Shown piece after piece: positions 1 through 14,930 of a DNA stretch of 64,000 nucleotides. Every line of letters starts with the position of its first letter. Position 1 is the stretch's first letter. This DNA comes from Eledone cirrhosa. Taxonomy: Eukaryota. The DNA lies in contig OZ024758.1 of the NCBI GenBank assembly GCA_964016885.1, positions 36,208,001 through 36,272,000 on the forward strand, written 5' to 3'. The notes below the pieces were generated by a model. That model was not told the DNA's origin. It did not search any database and worked only from the letters and a program-made list of their open reading frames with translations. The position numbers and the translations under genes were made by a program.

Positions 1-3000
1 AGTCACTCCAACGTTGGTGAGAATTCATTTAAGTTCATGGTATTAGCTGTCAGAAGTCACTCCACTGTTGGTGAGAATTCATTTAAGTTCATGGTACTAG
101 CTGTCGGAAGTAACCCCAATGTTGGTGAGAAATCATTTAATTTCATGGTATTAGCTGTCAGAAGTCACTCCAATGTTGGTGAGAATTCATTTAAGTTCAT
201 GGTATTAGCTGTCAGAAGTAACTCCACTGTTGGTGAGAATTCATTTAAGTTCATGGTATTAGCTGTCAGAAGGAACTCCAATGTTGGTGAGAATTCATTT
301 AAGTCATGGTACTAGCTGTCAGAAGTAACTCCACTGTTGGTGAGAATTCATTTAAGTTCATGGTATTAGCTGTCAGAAGGAACGCCACTGTTGGTGAGAA
401 TTCATTTAAGTTCATGGTATTAGCTGTCAGAAGTAACTCCACTGTTGGTGAGAATTCATTTAAGTTCATGTTATTAGCTGTCAGAAGGAACTCCACTGTT
501 GGTGAGAATTCATTTAAGTTCATGGTATTAGCTGTCAGAAGTAACTCCACTGTTGGTGAGAATTCATTTAAGTTCATGGTATTAGCTGTCAGAAGTAACT
601 CCACCGTTGGTGAGAATTCATTTAAGTTCATGGTACTAGCTGTCAGAAGTAACTCCAATGTTGGTGAGAATTCATTTAAGTTCATGGTATTAGCTGTCAG
701 AAGTAACTCCACTGTTGGTGAGAATTCATTTAAGTCATGGTATTAGCTGTCAGAAGTCACTCCAATGTTGGTGAGAATTCATTTAAGTTCATGGTATTAG
801 CAGTCAGAAGTCAGTCCACTGTTGGTGAGAATTCATTTAAGTTCATGGTACTAGCTGTCAGAAGTAACCCCAATGTTGGTGAGAATTCATTTAAGTTCAT
901 GGTATTAGCTGTCAGAAGTCACTCCAATGTTGGTGAGAATTCATTTAAGTTCATGGTATTAGCTGTCAGAAGTAACTCCACTGTTGGTGAGAATTCATTT
1001 AAGTTCATGGTATTAGTTTGTCAGAAGTAACTCCACTGTTGGTGAGAATTCATTTAAGTCATGGTATTAGTTGTCAGAAGTAACTCCAATGTTGGTGAGA
1101 ATTCATTTAAGTTCATGGTATTAGCTGTCAGAAGGAACTCCACTGTTGGTGAGAATTCATTTAAGTTCATGGTATTAGCTGTCAGAAGGAACTCCAATGT
1201 TGGTGAGAATTCATTTAAGTCATGGTACTAGCTGTCAGAAGTAACTCCACTGTTGGTGAGAATTCATTTAAGTTCATGGTATTAGCTGTCAGAAGGAACG
1301 CCACTGTTGGTGAGAATTCATTTAAGTTCATGGTATTAGCTGTCAGAAGTAACTCCACTGTTGGTGAGAATTCATTTAAGTTCATGGTACTAGCTGTCAG
1401 AAGTAACTCCAATGTTGGTGAGAATTCATTTAAGTTCATGGTATTAGCTGTCAGAAGGAACTCCACTGTTGGTGAGAATTCATTTAAGTTCATGGTATTA
1501 GCTGTCAGAGGTAACTCCACTGTTGGTGAGAATTCATTTAAGTCATGGTATTAGCTGTCAGAAGTAACTCCATTGTTGGTGAGAATTCATTTAAGTCATG
1601 GTACTAGCTGTCAGAAGTAACTCCAATGTTGGTGAGAATTCATTTAAGTCATGGTACTAGCTGTCAGAAGTAACTCCAATGTTGGTGAGAATTCATTTAA
1701 GTTCATGTTATTAGCTGTCAGAAGGAACTCCACTGTTGGTGAGAATTCATTTAAGTTCATGGTATTAGCTGTCAGAAGTAACTCCACTGTTGGTGAGAAT
1801 TCATTTAAGTTCATGGTATTAGCTGTCAGAAGTAACTCCACCGTTGGTGAGAATTCATTTAAGTTCATGGTACTAGCTGTCAGAAGTAACTCCAATGTTG
1901 GTGAGAATTCATTTAAGTTCATGGTATTAGCTGTCAGAAGTAACTCCACTGTTGGTGAGAATTCATTTAAGTCATGGTATTAGCTGTCAGAAGTAACTCC
2001 ACTGTTGGTGAGAATTCATTTAAGTTCATGGTATTAGCTGTCAGAAGTAACTCCACTGTTGGTGAGAATTCATTTAAGTTCATGGTACTAGCTGTCAGAA
2101 GTAACTCCAATGTTGGTGAGAATTCATTTAAGTTCATGGTATTAGCTGTCAGAAGTAACTCCACTGTTGGTGAGAATTCATTTAAGTCATGGTATTAGCT
2201 GTCAAAAGTAACCCCACTGTTGGTGAGAATTCATTTAGGTTCATGGTATTAGCTGTCAGAAGTAACTCCACTGTTGGTGAGAATTCATTTAAGTTCATGG
2301 TATTAGCTGTCAGAAGTAACTCCACTGTTGGTGAGAATTCATTTAATTTCATGGTACTAGCTGTCAGAAGTAACTCCACTGTTGGTGAGAATTCATTTAA
2401 GTTCATGGTACTAGCTGTCAGAAGTAACTCCAATGTTGGTGAGAATTCATTTAAGTTCATGGTATTAGCTGTCAGAAGTCACTCCACTGTTGGTGAGAAT
2501 TCATTTAAGTTCATGGTATTAGCTGTCAGAAGTAACTCCACTGTTGGTGAGAATTCATTTAATTTCATGGTACTAGCTGTCAGAAGTAACTCCACTGTTG
2601 GTGAGAATTCATTTAAGTTCATGGTACTAGCTGTCAGAAGTAACTCCAATGTTGGTGAGAATTCATTTAAGTTCATGGTATTAGCTGTCAGAAGTAACTC
2701 CACTGTTGGTGAGAATACATTTAAGTCATGGTATTAGCTGTCAGAAGTAACTCCAATGTTGGTCAGAATTCATTTAAGTTCATGGTATTAGCTGTCAGAA
2801 GGAACTCCACTGTTGCTGAGAATTAATTTAAGTTCATGGTATTAGCTGTCAGAAGTAACTCCACTGTTGGTGAGAATTCATTTAAGTTCATGGTACTAGC
2901 TGTCAGAAGTAACTCCACTGTTGGTGAGAATTCATTTAAGTTCATGGTATTAGCTGTCAGAAGTCACTCCAACGTTGGTGAGAATTCATTTAAGTTCATG

Positions 3001-5210
3001 GTATTAGCTGTCAGAAGTCACTCCACTGTTGGTGAGAATTCATTTAAGTTCATGGTACTAGCTGTCGGAAGTAACCCCAATGTTGGTGAGAAATCATTTA
3101 ATTTCATGGTATTAGCTGTCAGAAGTCACTCCAATGTTGGTGAGAATTCATTTAAGTTCATGGTATTAGCTGTCAGAAGTAACTCCACTGTTGGTGAGAA
3201 TTCATTTAAGTTCATGGTATTAGCTGTCAGAAGGAACTCCAATGTTGGTGAGAATTCATTTAAGTCATGGTACTAGCTGTCAGAAGTAACTCCACTGTTG
3301 GTGAGAATTCATTTAAGTTCATGGTATTAGCTGTCAGAAGGAACGCCACTGTTGGTGAGAATTCATTTAAGTTCATGGTATTAGCTGTCAGAAGTAACTC
3401 CACTGTTGGTGAGAATTCATTTAAGTTCATGGTACTAGCTGTCAGAAGTAACTCCAATGTTGGTGAGAATTCATTTAAGTTCATGGTATTAGCTGTCAGA
3501 AGTCACTCCAATGTTGGTGAGAATTCATTTAAGTTCATGGTATTAGCAGTCAGAAGTCAGTCCACTGTTGGTGAGAATTCATTTAAGTTCATGGTACTAG
3601 CTGTCAGAAGTAACCCCAATGTTGGTGAGAATTCATTTAAGTTCATGGTATTAGCTGTCAGAAGTCACTCCAATGTTGGTGAGAATTCATTTAAGTTCAT
3701 GGTATTAGCTGTCAGAAGTAACTCCACTGTTGGTGAGAATTCATTTAAGTTCATGGTATTAGTTTGTCAGAAGTAACTCCACTGTTGGTGAGAATTCATT
3801 TAAGTCATGGTATTAGTTGTCAGAAGTAACTCCAATGTTGGTGAGAATTCATTTAAGTTCATGGTATTAGCTGTCAGAAGGAACTACACTGTTGGTGAGA
3901 ATTCATTTAAGTTCATGGTATTAGCTGTCAGAAGGAACTCCAATGTTGGTGAGAATTCATTTAAGTCATGGTACTAGCTGTCAGAAGTAACTCCACTGTT
4001 GGTGAGAATTCATTTAAGTTCATGGTATTAGCTGTCAGAAGGAACGCCACTGTTGGTGAGAATTCATTTAAGTTCATGGTATTAGCTGTCAGAAGTAACT
4101 CCACTGTTGGTGAGAATTCATTTAAGTTCATGGTACTAGCTGTCAGAAGTAACTCCAATGTTGGTGAGAATTCATTTAAGTTCATGGTATTAGCTGTCAG
4201 AAGGAACTCCACTGTTGGTGAGAATTCATTTAAGTTCATGGTATTAGCTGTCAGAAGTAACTCCACTGTTGGTGAGAATTCATTTAAGTCATGGTATTAG
4301 CTGTCAGAAGTAACTCCATTGTTGGTGAGAATTCATTTAAGTCATGGTACTAGCTGTCAGAAGTAACTCCAATGTTGGTGAGAATTCATTTAAGTCATGG
4401 TACTAGCTGTCAGAAGTAACTCCAATGTTGGTGAGAATTCATTTAAGTTCATGTTATTAGCTGTCAGAAGGAACTCCACTGTTGGTGAGAATTCATTTAA
4501 GTTCATGGTATTAGCTGTCAGAAGTAACTCCACTGTTGGTGAGAATTCATTTAAGTTCATGGTATTAGCTGTCAGAAGTAACTCCACCGTTGGTGAGAAT
4601 TCATTTAAGTTCATGGTACTAGCTGTCAGAAGTAACTCCAATGTTGGTGAGAATTCATTTAAGTTCATGGTATTAGCTGTCAGAAGTAACTCCACTGTTG
4701 GTGAGAATTCATTTAAGTCATGGTATTAGCTGTCAGAAGTAACTCCACTGTTGGTGAGAATTCATTTAAGTTCATGGTATTAGCTGTCAGAAGTAACTCC
4801 ACTGTTGGTGAGAATTCATTTAAGTTCATGGTACTAGCTGTCAGAAGTAACTCCAATGTTGGTGAGAATTCATTTAAGTTCATGGTATTAGCTGTCAGAA
4901 GTAACTCCACTGTTGGTGAGAATTCATTTAAGTCATGGTATTAGCTGTCAAAAGTAACTCCACTGTTGGTGAGAATTCATTTAGGTTCATGGTATTAGCT
5001 GTCAGAAGTAACTCCACTGTTGGTGAGAATTCATTTAAGTTCATGGTATTAGCTGTCAGAAGTAACTCCACTGTTGGTGAGAATTCATTTAATTTCATGG
5101 TACTAGCTGTCAGAAGTAACTCCACTGTTGGTGAGAATTCATTTAAGTTCATGGTACTAGCTGTCAGAAGTAACTCCAATGTTGGTGAGAATTCATTTAA
5201 GTTCATGGTA
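1..5210 (+). repeat. Higher-order duplication: ~1-2460 copied at ~2962-5210 (offset 2961, then 2746 after a 215-bp/4-monomer indel)
   Basis: Rare markers are shared at constant offset. CCAACGTTGG is at 8 and 2969, the GTCGGAAG...GAGAAATC monomer at 91 and 3052, the AGCAGTC...AGTCAG monomer at 791 and 3537, and the GTCAAAAG...TTTAGG monomer at 2189 and 4935. ORF starts pair as 306/3267, 1222/3968, 1651/4397 and 1974/4720. Boundaries are approximate. Confidence 0.9.
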
Positions 5211-8000
5211 TTAGCTGTCAGAAGTAACTCCACTGTTGGTGAGAATTCATTTAAGTCATGGTATTAGCTGTCAGAAGTAACTCCACTGTTGGTGAGAATT
5301 CATTTAAGTTCATGGTATTAGCTGTCAGAAGGAACTCCACTGTTGGTGAGAATTCATTTAAGTTCATGGTACTAGCTGTCAGAAGTAACTCCAATGTTGG
5401 TGAGAATTCATTTAAGTTCATGGTATTAGCTGTCAGAAGTAACTCCACTGTTGGTGAGTATTCATTTAAGTCATGGTATTAGCTGCCAGAAGTAACTCCA
5501 CTGTTGGTGAGAATTCATTTAACTTCATGGTATTAGCTGTCAGAAGTAACTCCACTGTTGGTGAGAATTCATTTAAGTTCATGGTATTAGCTGTCAGAAG
5601 TAACTCCACAGTTGGTGAGAATTCATTTAAGTTCATGGTATTAGTTGGTCAGAAGTAACTCCACTGTTGGTGAGAATTCATTTAAGTCATGGTATTAGTT
5701 GTCAGAAGGAACTCCAATGTTGGTGAGAATTCATTTAAGTCATGGTACTAGCTGTCAGAAGTAACTCCACTGTTGGTGAGAATTCATTTAAGTTCATGGT
5801 ATTAGCTGTCAGAAGGAACGCCACTGTTGGTGAGAATTCATTTAAGTTCATGGTATTAGCTGTCAGAAGTTACTCCACTGTTGGTGAGAATTCATTTAAG
5901 TTCATGGTACTAGCTGTCAGAAGTAACTCCAATGTTGGTGAGAATTCATTTAAGTTCATGGTATTAGCTGTCAGAAGTAACTCCACTGTTGGTGAGAATT
6001 CATTTAGGTCATGGTATTAGCTGTCAGAAGTAACTCCATTGTTGGTGAGAATTCATTTAAGTCATGGTACTAGCTGTCAGAAGTAACTCCAATGTTGGTG
6101 AGAATTCATTTAAGTCATGGTACTAGCTGTCAGAAGTAACTCCAATGTTGGTGAGAATTCATTTAAGTTCATGGTACTAGCTGTCAGAAGTAACTCCACT
6201 GTTGGTGAGAATTCATTTAAGTTCATGGTATTAGCTGTCAGAAGGAACGCCACTGTTGGTGAGAATTCATTTAAGTTCATGGTATTAGCTGTCAGAAGTA
6301 ACTCCACTGTTGGTGAGAATTCATTTAAGTTCATGGTACTAGCTGTCAGAAGTAACTCCAATGTTGGTGAGAATTCATTTAAGTTCATGGTATTAGCTGT
6401 CAGAAGGAACTCCACTGTTGGTGAGAATTCATTTAAGTTCATGGTATTAGCTGTCAGAAGTAACTCCACTGTTGGTGAGAATTCATTTAAGTCATGGTAT
6501 TAGCTGTCAGAAGTAACTCCATTGTTGGTGAGAATTCATTTAAGTCATGGTACTAGCTGTCAGAAGTAACTCCAATGTTGGTGAGAATTCATTTAAGTCA
6601 TGGTACTAGCTGTCAGAAGTAACTCCAATGTTGGTGAGAATTCATTTAAGTTCATGTTATTAGCTGTCAGAAGGAACTCCACTGTTGGTGAGAATTCATT
6701 TAAGTTCATGGTATTAGCTGTCAGAAGTAACTCCACTGTTGGTGAGAATTCATTTAAGTTCATGGTATTAGCTGTCAGAAGTAACTCCACCGTTGGTGAG
6801 AATTCATTTAAGTTCATGGTACTAGCTGTCAGAAGTAACTCCAATGTTGGTGAGAATTCATTTAAGTTCATGGTATTAGCTGTCAGAAGTAACTCCACTG
6901 TTGGTGAGAATTCATTTAAGTCATGGTATTAGCTGTCAGAAGTAGCTCCACTGTTGGTGAGAATTCATTTAAGTTCATGGTATTAGCTGTCAGAAGTAAC
7001 TCCACTGTTGGTGAGAATTCATTTAAGTTCATGGTACTAGCTGTCAGAAGTAACTCCAATGTTGGTGAGAATTCATTTAAGTTCATGGAATTAGCTGTCA
7101 GAAGTAACTCCACTGTTGGTGAGAATTCATTTAAGTCATGGTATTAGCTGTCAGAAGTAACTCCACTGTTGGTGAGAATTCATTTAATTTCATGGTACTA
7201 GCTGTCAGAAGTAACTCCACTGTTGGTGAGAATTCATTTAAGTTCATGGTACTAGCTGTCAGAAGTAACTCCAATGTTGGTGAGAATTCATTTAAGTTCA
7301 TGGTATTAGCTGTCAGAAGTAACTCCACTGTTGGTGAGAATTCATTTAAGTCATGGTATTAGCTGTCAGAAGTAACTCCACTGTTGGTGAGAATTCATTT
7401 AAGTTCATGGTATTAGCTGTCAGAAGGAACTCCACTGTTGGTGAGAATTCATTTAAGTTCATGGTACTAGCTGTCAGAAGTAACTCCAATGTTGGTGAGA
7501 ATTCATTTAAGTTCATGGTATTAGCTGTCAGAAGTAACTCCACTGTTGGTGAGTATTCATTTAAGTCATGGTATTAGCTGCCAGAAGTAACTCCACTGTT
7601 GGTGAGAATTCATTTAACTTCATGGTATTAGCTGTCAGAAGTAACTCCACTGTTGGTGAGAATTCATTTAAGTTCATGGTATTAGCTGTCAGAAGTAACT
7701 CCGCAGTTGGTGAGAATTCATTTAAGTTCATGGTATTAGTGGGTCAGAAGTAACTCCACTGTTGGTGAGAATTCATTTAAGTCATGGTATTAGTTGTCAG
7801 AAGGAACTCCAATGTTGGTGAGAATTCATTTAAGTCATGGTACTAGCTGTCAGAAGTAACTCCACTGTTGGTGAGAATTCATTTAAGTTCATGGTATTAG
7901 CTGTCAGAAGGAACGCCACTGTTGGTGAGAATTCATTTAAGTTCATGGTATTAGCTGTCAGAAGTAACTCCACTGTTGGTGAGAATTCATTTAAGTTCAT
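5040..8000 (+). repeat. Higher-order duplication, offset 2095 (39 monomers)
   Basis: ORF pairs are 5258/7353, 5473/7568 and 5742/7837. Shared markers are GAGTATTC, GCTGCCAG, TTTAACTTC and CAGTTGG. Boundaries are approximate. Confidence 0.85.
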
Positions 8001-9820
8001 GGTACTAGCTGTCAGAAGTAACTCCAATGTTGGTGAGAATTCATTTAAGTTCATGGTATTAGCTGTCAGAAGGAACTCCACTGTTGGTGAGAATTCATTT
8101 AAGTTCATGGTATTAGCTGTCAGAAGTAACTCCACTGTTGGTGAGAATTCATTTAGGTCATGGTATTAGCTGTCAGAAGTAACTCCATTGTTGGTGAGAA
8201 TTCATTTAAGTCATGGTACTAGCTGTCAGAAGTAACTCCAATGTTGGTGAGAATTCATTTAAGTCATGGTACTAGCTGTCAGAAGTAACTCCAATGTTGG
8301 TGAGAATTCATTTAAGTTCATGTTATTAGCTGTCAGAAGGAACTCCACTGTTGGTGAGAATTCATTTAAGTTCATGGTATTAGCTGTCAGAAGTAACTCC
8401 ACTGTTGGTGAGAATTCATTTAAGTTCATGGTATTAGCTGTCAGAAGTAACTCCACCGTTGGTGAGAATTCATTTAAGTTCATGGTACTAGCTGTCAGAA
8501 GTAACTCCAATGTTGGTGAGAATTCATTTAAGTTCATGGTATTAGCTGTCAGAAGTAACTCCACTGTTGGTGAGAATTCATTTAAGTCATGGTATTAGCT
8601 GTCAGAAGTAACTCCACTGTTGGTGAGAATTCATTTAAGTTCATGGTATTAGCTGTCAGAAGTAACTCCACTGTTGGTGAGAATTCATTTAAGTTCATGG
8701 TACTAGCTGTCAGAAGTAACTCCAATGTTGGTGAGAATTCATTTAAGTTCATGGTATTAGCTGTCAGAAGTAACTCCACTGTTGGTGAGAATTCATTTAA
8801 GTCATGGTATTAGCTGTCAGAAGTAACTCCACTGTTGGTGAGAATTCATTTAAGTTCATGGTATTAGCTGTCAGAAGTAACTCCACTGTTGGTGAGAATT
8901 CATTTAAGTTCATGGTATTAGCTGTCAGAAGGAACGCCACTGTTGGTGAGAATTCATTTAAGTTCATGGTATTAGCTGTCAGAAGTAACTCCACTGTTGG
9001 TGAGAATTCATTTAAGTTCATGGTACTAGCTGTCAGAAGTAACTCCAATGTTGGTGAGAATTCATTTAAGTTCATGGTATTAGCTGTCAGAAGGAACTCC
9101 ACTGTTGGTGAGAATTCATTTAAGTTCATGGTATTAGCTGTCAGAAGTAACTCCACTGTTGGTGAGAATTCATTTAGGTCATGGTATTAGCTGTCAGAAG
9201 TAACTCCATTGTTGGTGAGAATTCATTTAAGTCATGGTACTAGCTGTCAGAAGTAACTCCAATGTTGGTGAGAATTCATTTAAGTCATGGTACTAGCTGT
9301 CAGAAGTAACTCCAATGTTGGTGAGAATTCATTTAAGTTCATGTTATTAGCTGTCAGAAGGAACTCCACTGTTGGTGAGAATTCATTTAAGTTCATGGTA
9401 TTAGCTGTCAGAAGTAACTCCACTGTTGGTGAGAATTCATTTAAGTTCATGGTATTAGCTGTCAGAAGTAACTCCACCGTTGGTGAGAATTCATTTAAGT
9501 TCATGGTACTAGCTGTCAGAAGTAACTCCAATGTTGGTGAGAATTCATTTAAGTTCATGGTATTAGCTGTCAGAAGTAACTCCACTGTTGGTGAGAATTC
9601 ATTTAAGTCATGGTATTAGCTGTCAGAAGTAACTCCACTGTTGGTGAGAATTCATTTAAGTTCATGGTATTAGCTGTCAGAAGTAACTCCACTGTTGGTG
9701 AGAATTCATTTAAGTTCATGGTACTAGCTGTCAGAAGTAACTCCAATGTTGGTGAGAATTCATTTAAGTTCATGGTATTAGCTGTCAGAAGTAACTCCAC
9801 TGTTGGTGAGAATTCATTTA
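7840..9820 (+). repeat. Tandem higher-order duplication, period 1021 bp (19 monomers)
   Basis: ORF pairs are 8266/9287 and 8589/9610, with ORF ends at 8169/9190. The TTTAGGTCATG, CCATTGTT, ATGTTATT and CCACCGTT markers recur at the same offset. Confidence 0.87.
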
Positions 9821-12800
9821 AGTCATGGTATTAGTTGTCAGAAGTAACTCCACTGTTGGTGAGAATTCATTTAAGTTCATGGTATTAGCTGTCAGAAGTA
9901 ACTCCACTGTTGGTGAGAATTCATTTAAGTTCATGGTATTAGCTGTCAGAAGTAACTCCACTGTTGGTGAGAATTCATTTAATTTCATGGTATTAGCTGT
10001 CAGAAGTAACTCCACTGTTGGTGAGAATTCATTTAAGTTCATGGTACTAGCTGTCAGAAGTAACTCCAATGTTGGTGAGAATTCATTTAAGTTCATGGTA
10101 TTAGCTGTCAGAAGTAACTCCACTGTTGGTGAGAATTCATTTAAGTCATGGTATTAGCTGTCAGAAGTAACTCCACTGTTGGTGAGAATTCATTTAAGTT
10201 CATGGTATTAGCTGTCAGAAGGAACTCCACTGTTGGTGAGAATTCATTTAAGTTCATGGTACTAGCTGTCAGAAGTAACTCCAATGTTGGTGAGAATTCA
10301 TTTAAGTTCATGGTATTAGCTGTCAGAAGTAACTCCACTGTTGGTGAGTATTCATTTAAGTCATGGTATTAGCTGTCAGAAGTAACTCCACTGTTGGTGA
10401 GAATTCATTTAAGTTCATGGTATTAGCTGTCAGAAGTAACTCCACTGTTGGTGAGAATTCATTTAAGTTCATGGTATTAGCTGTCAGAAGTAACTCCACT
10501 GTTGGTGAGAATTCATTTACGTTCATGGTATTAGTTTGTCAGAAGTAACTCCACTGTTGGTGAGAATTCATTTAAGTCATGGTATTAGTTGTCAGAAGTA
10601 ACTCCAATGTTGGTGAGAATTCATTTAAGTTCATGGTAATAGCTGTCAGAAGTAACTCCACTGTTGGTGAGAATTCATTTAAGTCATGGTATTAGCTGTC
10701 AGAAGTAACTCCAATGTTGGTGAGAATTCATTTAAGTCATGGTACTAGCTGTCAGAAGTCACTCCACTGTTGGTGAGAATTCATTTAAGTTCATGGTACT
10801 AGCTGTCAGAAATAACCCCAATGTTGGTGAGAATTCATTTAAGTTCATGGTATTAGCTGTCAGAAGTCACTCCAATGTTGGTGAGAATTCATTTAAGTTC
10901 ATGGTATTAGCTGTCAGAAGTAACTCCACTGTTGGTGAGAATTCATTTACGTTCATGGTATTAGTTTGTCAGAAGTAACTCCACTGTTGGTGAGAATTCA
11001 TTTAAGTCATGGTATTAGTTGTCAGAAGTAACTCCAATGTTGGTGAGAATTCATTTAAGTTCATGGTATTAGCTGTCAGAAGGAACGCCACTGTTGGTGA
11101 GAATTCATTTAAGTTCATGGTATTAGCTGTCAGAAGTAACTCCACTGTTGGTGAGAATTCATTTAAGTTCATGGTATTAGCTGTCAGAAGTCACTCCAAT
11201 GTTGGTGAGAATTCATTTAAGTTCATGGTATTAGCAGTCAGAAGTCAGTCCACTGTTGGTGAGAATTCATTTAAGTTCATGGTACTAGCTGTCAGAAGTA
11301 ACCCCAATGTTGGTGAGAATTCATTTAAGTTCATGGTATTAGCTGTCAGAAGTAACTCCACTGTTGGTGAGAATTCATTTAAGTTCATGGTATTAGCTGT
11401 CAGAAGTAACTCCACTGTTGGTGAGAATTCATTTAATTTCATGGTATTAGCTGTCAGAAGTAACTCCACTGTTGGTGAGAATTCATTTAAGTTCATGGTA
11501 CTAGCTGTCAGAAGTAACTCCAATGTTGGTGAGAATTCATTTAAGTTCATGGTATTAGCTGTCAGAAGTAACTCCACTGTTGGTGAGAATTCATTTAAGT
11601 CATGGTATTAGCTGTCAGAAGTAACTCCACTGTTGGTGAGAATTCATTTAAGTTCATGGTATTAGCTGTCAGAAGGAACTCCACTGTTGGTGAGAATTCA
11701 TTTAAGTTCATGGTACTAGCTGTCAGAAGTAACTCCAATGTTGGTGAGAATTCATTTAAGTTCATGGTATTAGCTGTCAGAAGTAACTCCACTGTTGGTG
11801 AGTATTCATTTAAGTCATGGTATTAGCTGTCAGAAGTAACTCCACTGTTGGTGAGAATTCATTTAAGTTCATGGTATTAGCTGTCAGAAGTAACTCCACT
11901 GTTGGTGAGAATTCATTTAAGTTCATGGTATTAGCTGTCAGAAGTAACTCCACTGTTGGTGAGAATTCATTTACGTTCATGGTATTAGTTTGTCAGAAGT
12001 AACTCCACTGTTGGTGAGAATTCATTTAAGTCATGGTATTAGTTGTCAGAAGTAACTCCAATGTTGGTGAGAATTCATTTAAGTTCATGGTAATAGCTGT
12101 CAGAAGTAACTCCACTGTTGGTGAGAATTCATTTAAGTCATGGTATTAGCTGTCAGAAGTAACTCAAATGTTGGTGAGAATTCATTTAAGTCATGGTACT
12201 AGCTGTCAGAAGTCACTCCACTGTTGGTGAGAATTCATTTAAGTTCATGGTACTAGCTGTCAGAAATAACCCCAATGTTGGTGAGAATTCATTTAAGTTC
12301 ATGGTATTAGCTGTCAGAAGTCACTCCAATGTTGGTGAGAATTCATTTAAGTTCATGGTATTAGCTGTCAGAAGTAACTCCACTGTTGGTGAGAATTCAT
12401 TTACGTTCATGGTATTAGTTTGTCAGAAGTAACTCCACTGTTGGTGAGAATTCATTTAAGTCATGGTATTAGTTGTCAGAAGTAACTCCAATGTTGGTGA
12501 GAATTCATTTAAGTTCATGGTATTAGCTGTCAGAAGGAACGCCACTGTTGGTGAGAATTCATTTAAGTTCATGGTATTAGCTGTCAGAAGTAACTCCACT
12601 GTTGGTGAGAATTCATTTAAGTTCATGGTATTAGCTGTCAGAAGTAACTCCACTGTTGGTGAGAATTCATTTAAGTTCATGGTATTAGCTGTCAGAAGTA
12701 ACTCCACTGTTGGTGAGAATTCATTTAAGTTAATGGTACTAGCTGTCAGAAGTAACTCCAATGTTGGTGAGAATTCATTTAAGTTCATGGTATTAGCTGT

Positions 12801-14930
12801 CAGAAGTAACTCCACTGTTGGTGAGTATTCATTTAAGTCATGGTATTAGCTGCCAGAAGTAACTCCACTGTTGGTGAGAATTCATTTAAGTTCATGGTAT
12901 TAGCTGTCAGAAGTAACTCCACTGTTGGTGAGAATTCATTTAGGTCATGGTATTAGCTGTCAGAAGTAACTCCATTGTTGGTGAGAATTCATTTAAGTCA
13001 TGGTACTAGCTGTCAGAAGTAACTCCAATGTTGGTGAGAATTCATTTAAGTCATGGTACTAGCTGTCAGAAGTAACTCCAATGTTGGTGAGAATTCATTT
13101 AAGTTCATGTTATTAGCTGTCAGAAGGAACTCCACTGTTGGTGAGAATTCATTTAAGTTCATGGTATTAGCTGTCAGAAGTAACTCCACTGTTGGTGAGA
13201 ATTCATTTAAGTTCATGGTATTAGCTGTCAGAAGTAACTCCACCGTTGGTGAGAATTCATTTAAGTTCATGGTACTAGCTGTCAGAAGTAACTCCAATGT
13301 TGGTGAGAATTCATTTAAGTTCATGGTATTAGCTGTCAGAAGTAACTCCACTGTTGGTGAGAATTCATTTAAGTCATGGTATTAGCTGTCAGAAGTAACT
13401 CCACTGTTGGTGAGAATTCATTTAAGTTCATGGTATTAGCTGTCAGAAGTAACTCCACTGTTGGTGAGAATTCATTTAAGTTCATGGTACTAGCTGTCAG
13501 AAGTAACTCCAATGTTGGTGAGAATTCATTTAAGTTCATGGTAATAGCTGTCAGAAGTAACTCCACTGTTGGTGAGAATTCATTTAAGTCATGGTATTAG
13601 TTGTCAGAAGTAACTCCACTGTTGGTGAGAATTCATTTAAGTTCATGGTATTAGCTGTCAGAAGTAACTCCACTGTTGGTGAGAATTCATTTAAGTTCAT
13701 GGTATTAGCTGTCAGAAGTAACTCCACTGTTGGTGAGAATTCATTTAATTTCATGGTATTAGCTGTCAGAAGTAACTCCACTGTTGGTGAGAATTCATTT
13801 AAGTTCATGGTACTAGCTGTCAGAAGTAACTCCAATGTTGGTGAGAATTCATTTAAGTTCATGGTATTAGCTGTCAGAAGTAACTCCACTGTTGGTGAGA
13901 ATTCATTTAAGTCATGGTATTAGCTGTCAGAAGTAACTCCACTGTTGGTGAGAATTCATTTAAGTTCATGGTATTAGCTGTCAGAAGGAACTCCACTGTT
14001 GGTGAGAATTCATTTAAGTTCATGGTACTAGCTGTCAGAAGTAACTCCAATGTTGGTGAGAATTCATTTAAGTTCATGGTATTAGCTGTCAGAAGTAACT
14101 CCACTGTTGGTGAGTATTCATTTAAGTCATGGTATTAGCTGTCAGAAGTAACTCCACTGTTGGTGAGAATTCATTTAAGTTCATGGTATTAGCTGTCAGA
14201 AGTAACTCCACTGTTGGTGAGAATTCATTTAAGTTCATGGTATTAGCTGTCAGAAGTAACTCCACTGTTGGTGAGAATTCATTTACGTTCATGGTATTAG
14301 TTTGTCAGAAGTAACTCCACTGTTGGTGAGAATTCATTTAAGTCATGGTATTAGTTGTCAGAAGTAACTCCAATGTTGGTGAGAATTCATTTAAGTTCAT
14401 GGTAATAGCTGTCAGAAGTAACTCCACTGTTGGTGAGAATTCATTTAAGTCATGGTATTAGCTGTCAGAAGTAACTCCAATGTTGGTGAGAATTCATTTA
14501 AGTCATGGTACTAGCTGTCAGAAGTCACTCCACTGTTGGTGAGAATTCATTTAAGTTCATGGTACTAGCTGTCAGAAATAACCCCAATGTTGGTGAGAAT
14601 TCATTTAAGTTCATGGTATTAGCTGTCAGAAGTCACTCCAATGTTGGTGAGAATTCATTTAAGTTCATGGTATTAGCTGTCAGAAGTAACTCCACTGTTG
14701 GTGAGAATTCATTTACGTTCATGGTATTAGTTTGTCAGAAGTAACTCCACTGTTGGTGAGAATTCATTTAAGTCATGGTATTAGTTGTCAGAAGTAACTC
14801 CAATGTTGGTGAGAATTCATTTAAGTTCATGGTATTAGCTGTCAGAAGGAACGCCACTGTTGGTGAGAATTCATTTAAGTTCATGGTATTAGCTGTCAGA
14901 AGTAACTCCACTGTTGGTGAGAATTCATTT
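9130..14930 (+). repeat. Higher-order duplication, offset 3766 (70 monomers): ~9130-11160 copied at ~12900-14930
   Basis: ORF pairs are 9287/13053, 9610/13376, 9825/13591, 10148/13914, 10363/14129, 10739/14505 and 11009/14775. Confidence 0.87.
9880..12620 (+). repeat. Tandem higher-order duplication, period 1454 bp (27 monomers)
   Basis: ORF pairs are 10148/11602, 10363/11817, 10739/12193 and 11009/12463. Markers are TTTACGTTC, GGTAATAG and AGAAATAACCCC. Confidence 0.87.

Noticed and set aside
37-90. Internal 18-bp or 27-bp sub-repeat in the monomer (CTGT twice at 18-bp spacing; TTCAT twice at 10-bp spacing)
   Set aside because: The best 18-bp thirds of the consensus match at only about 7/18 positions, too weak to support an origin from a shorter unit.
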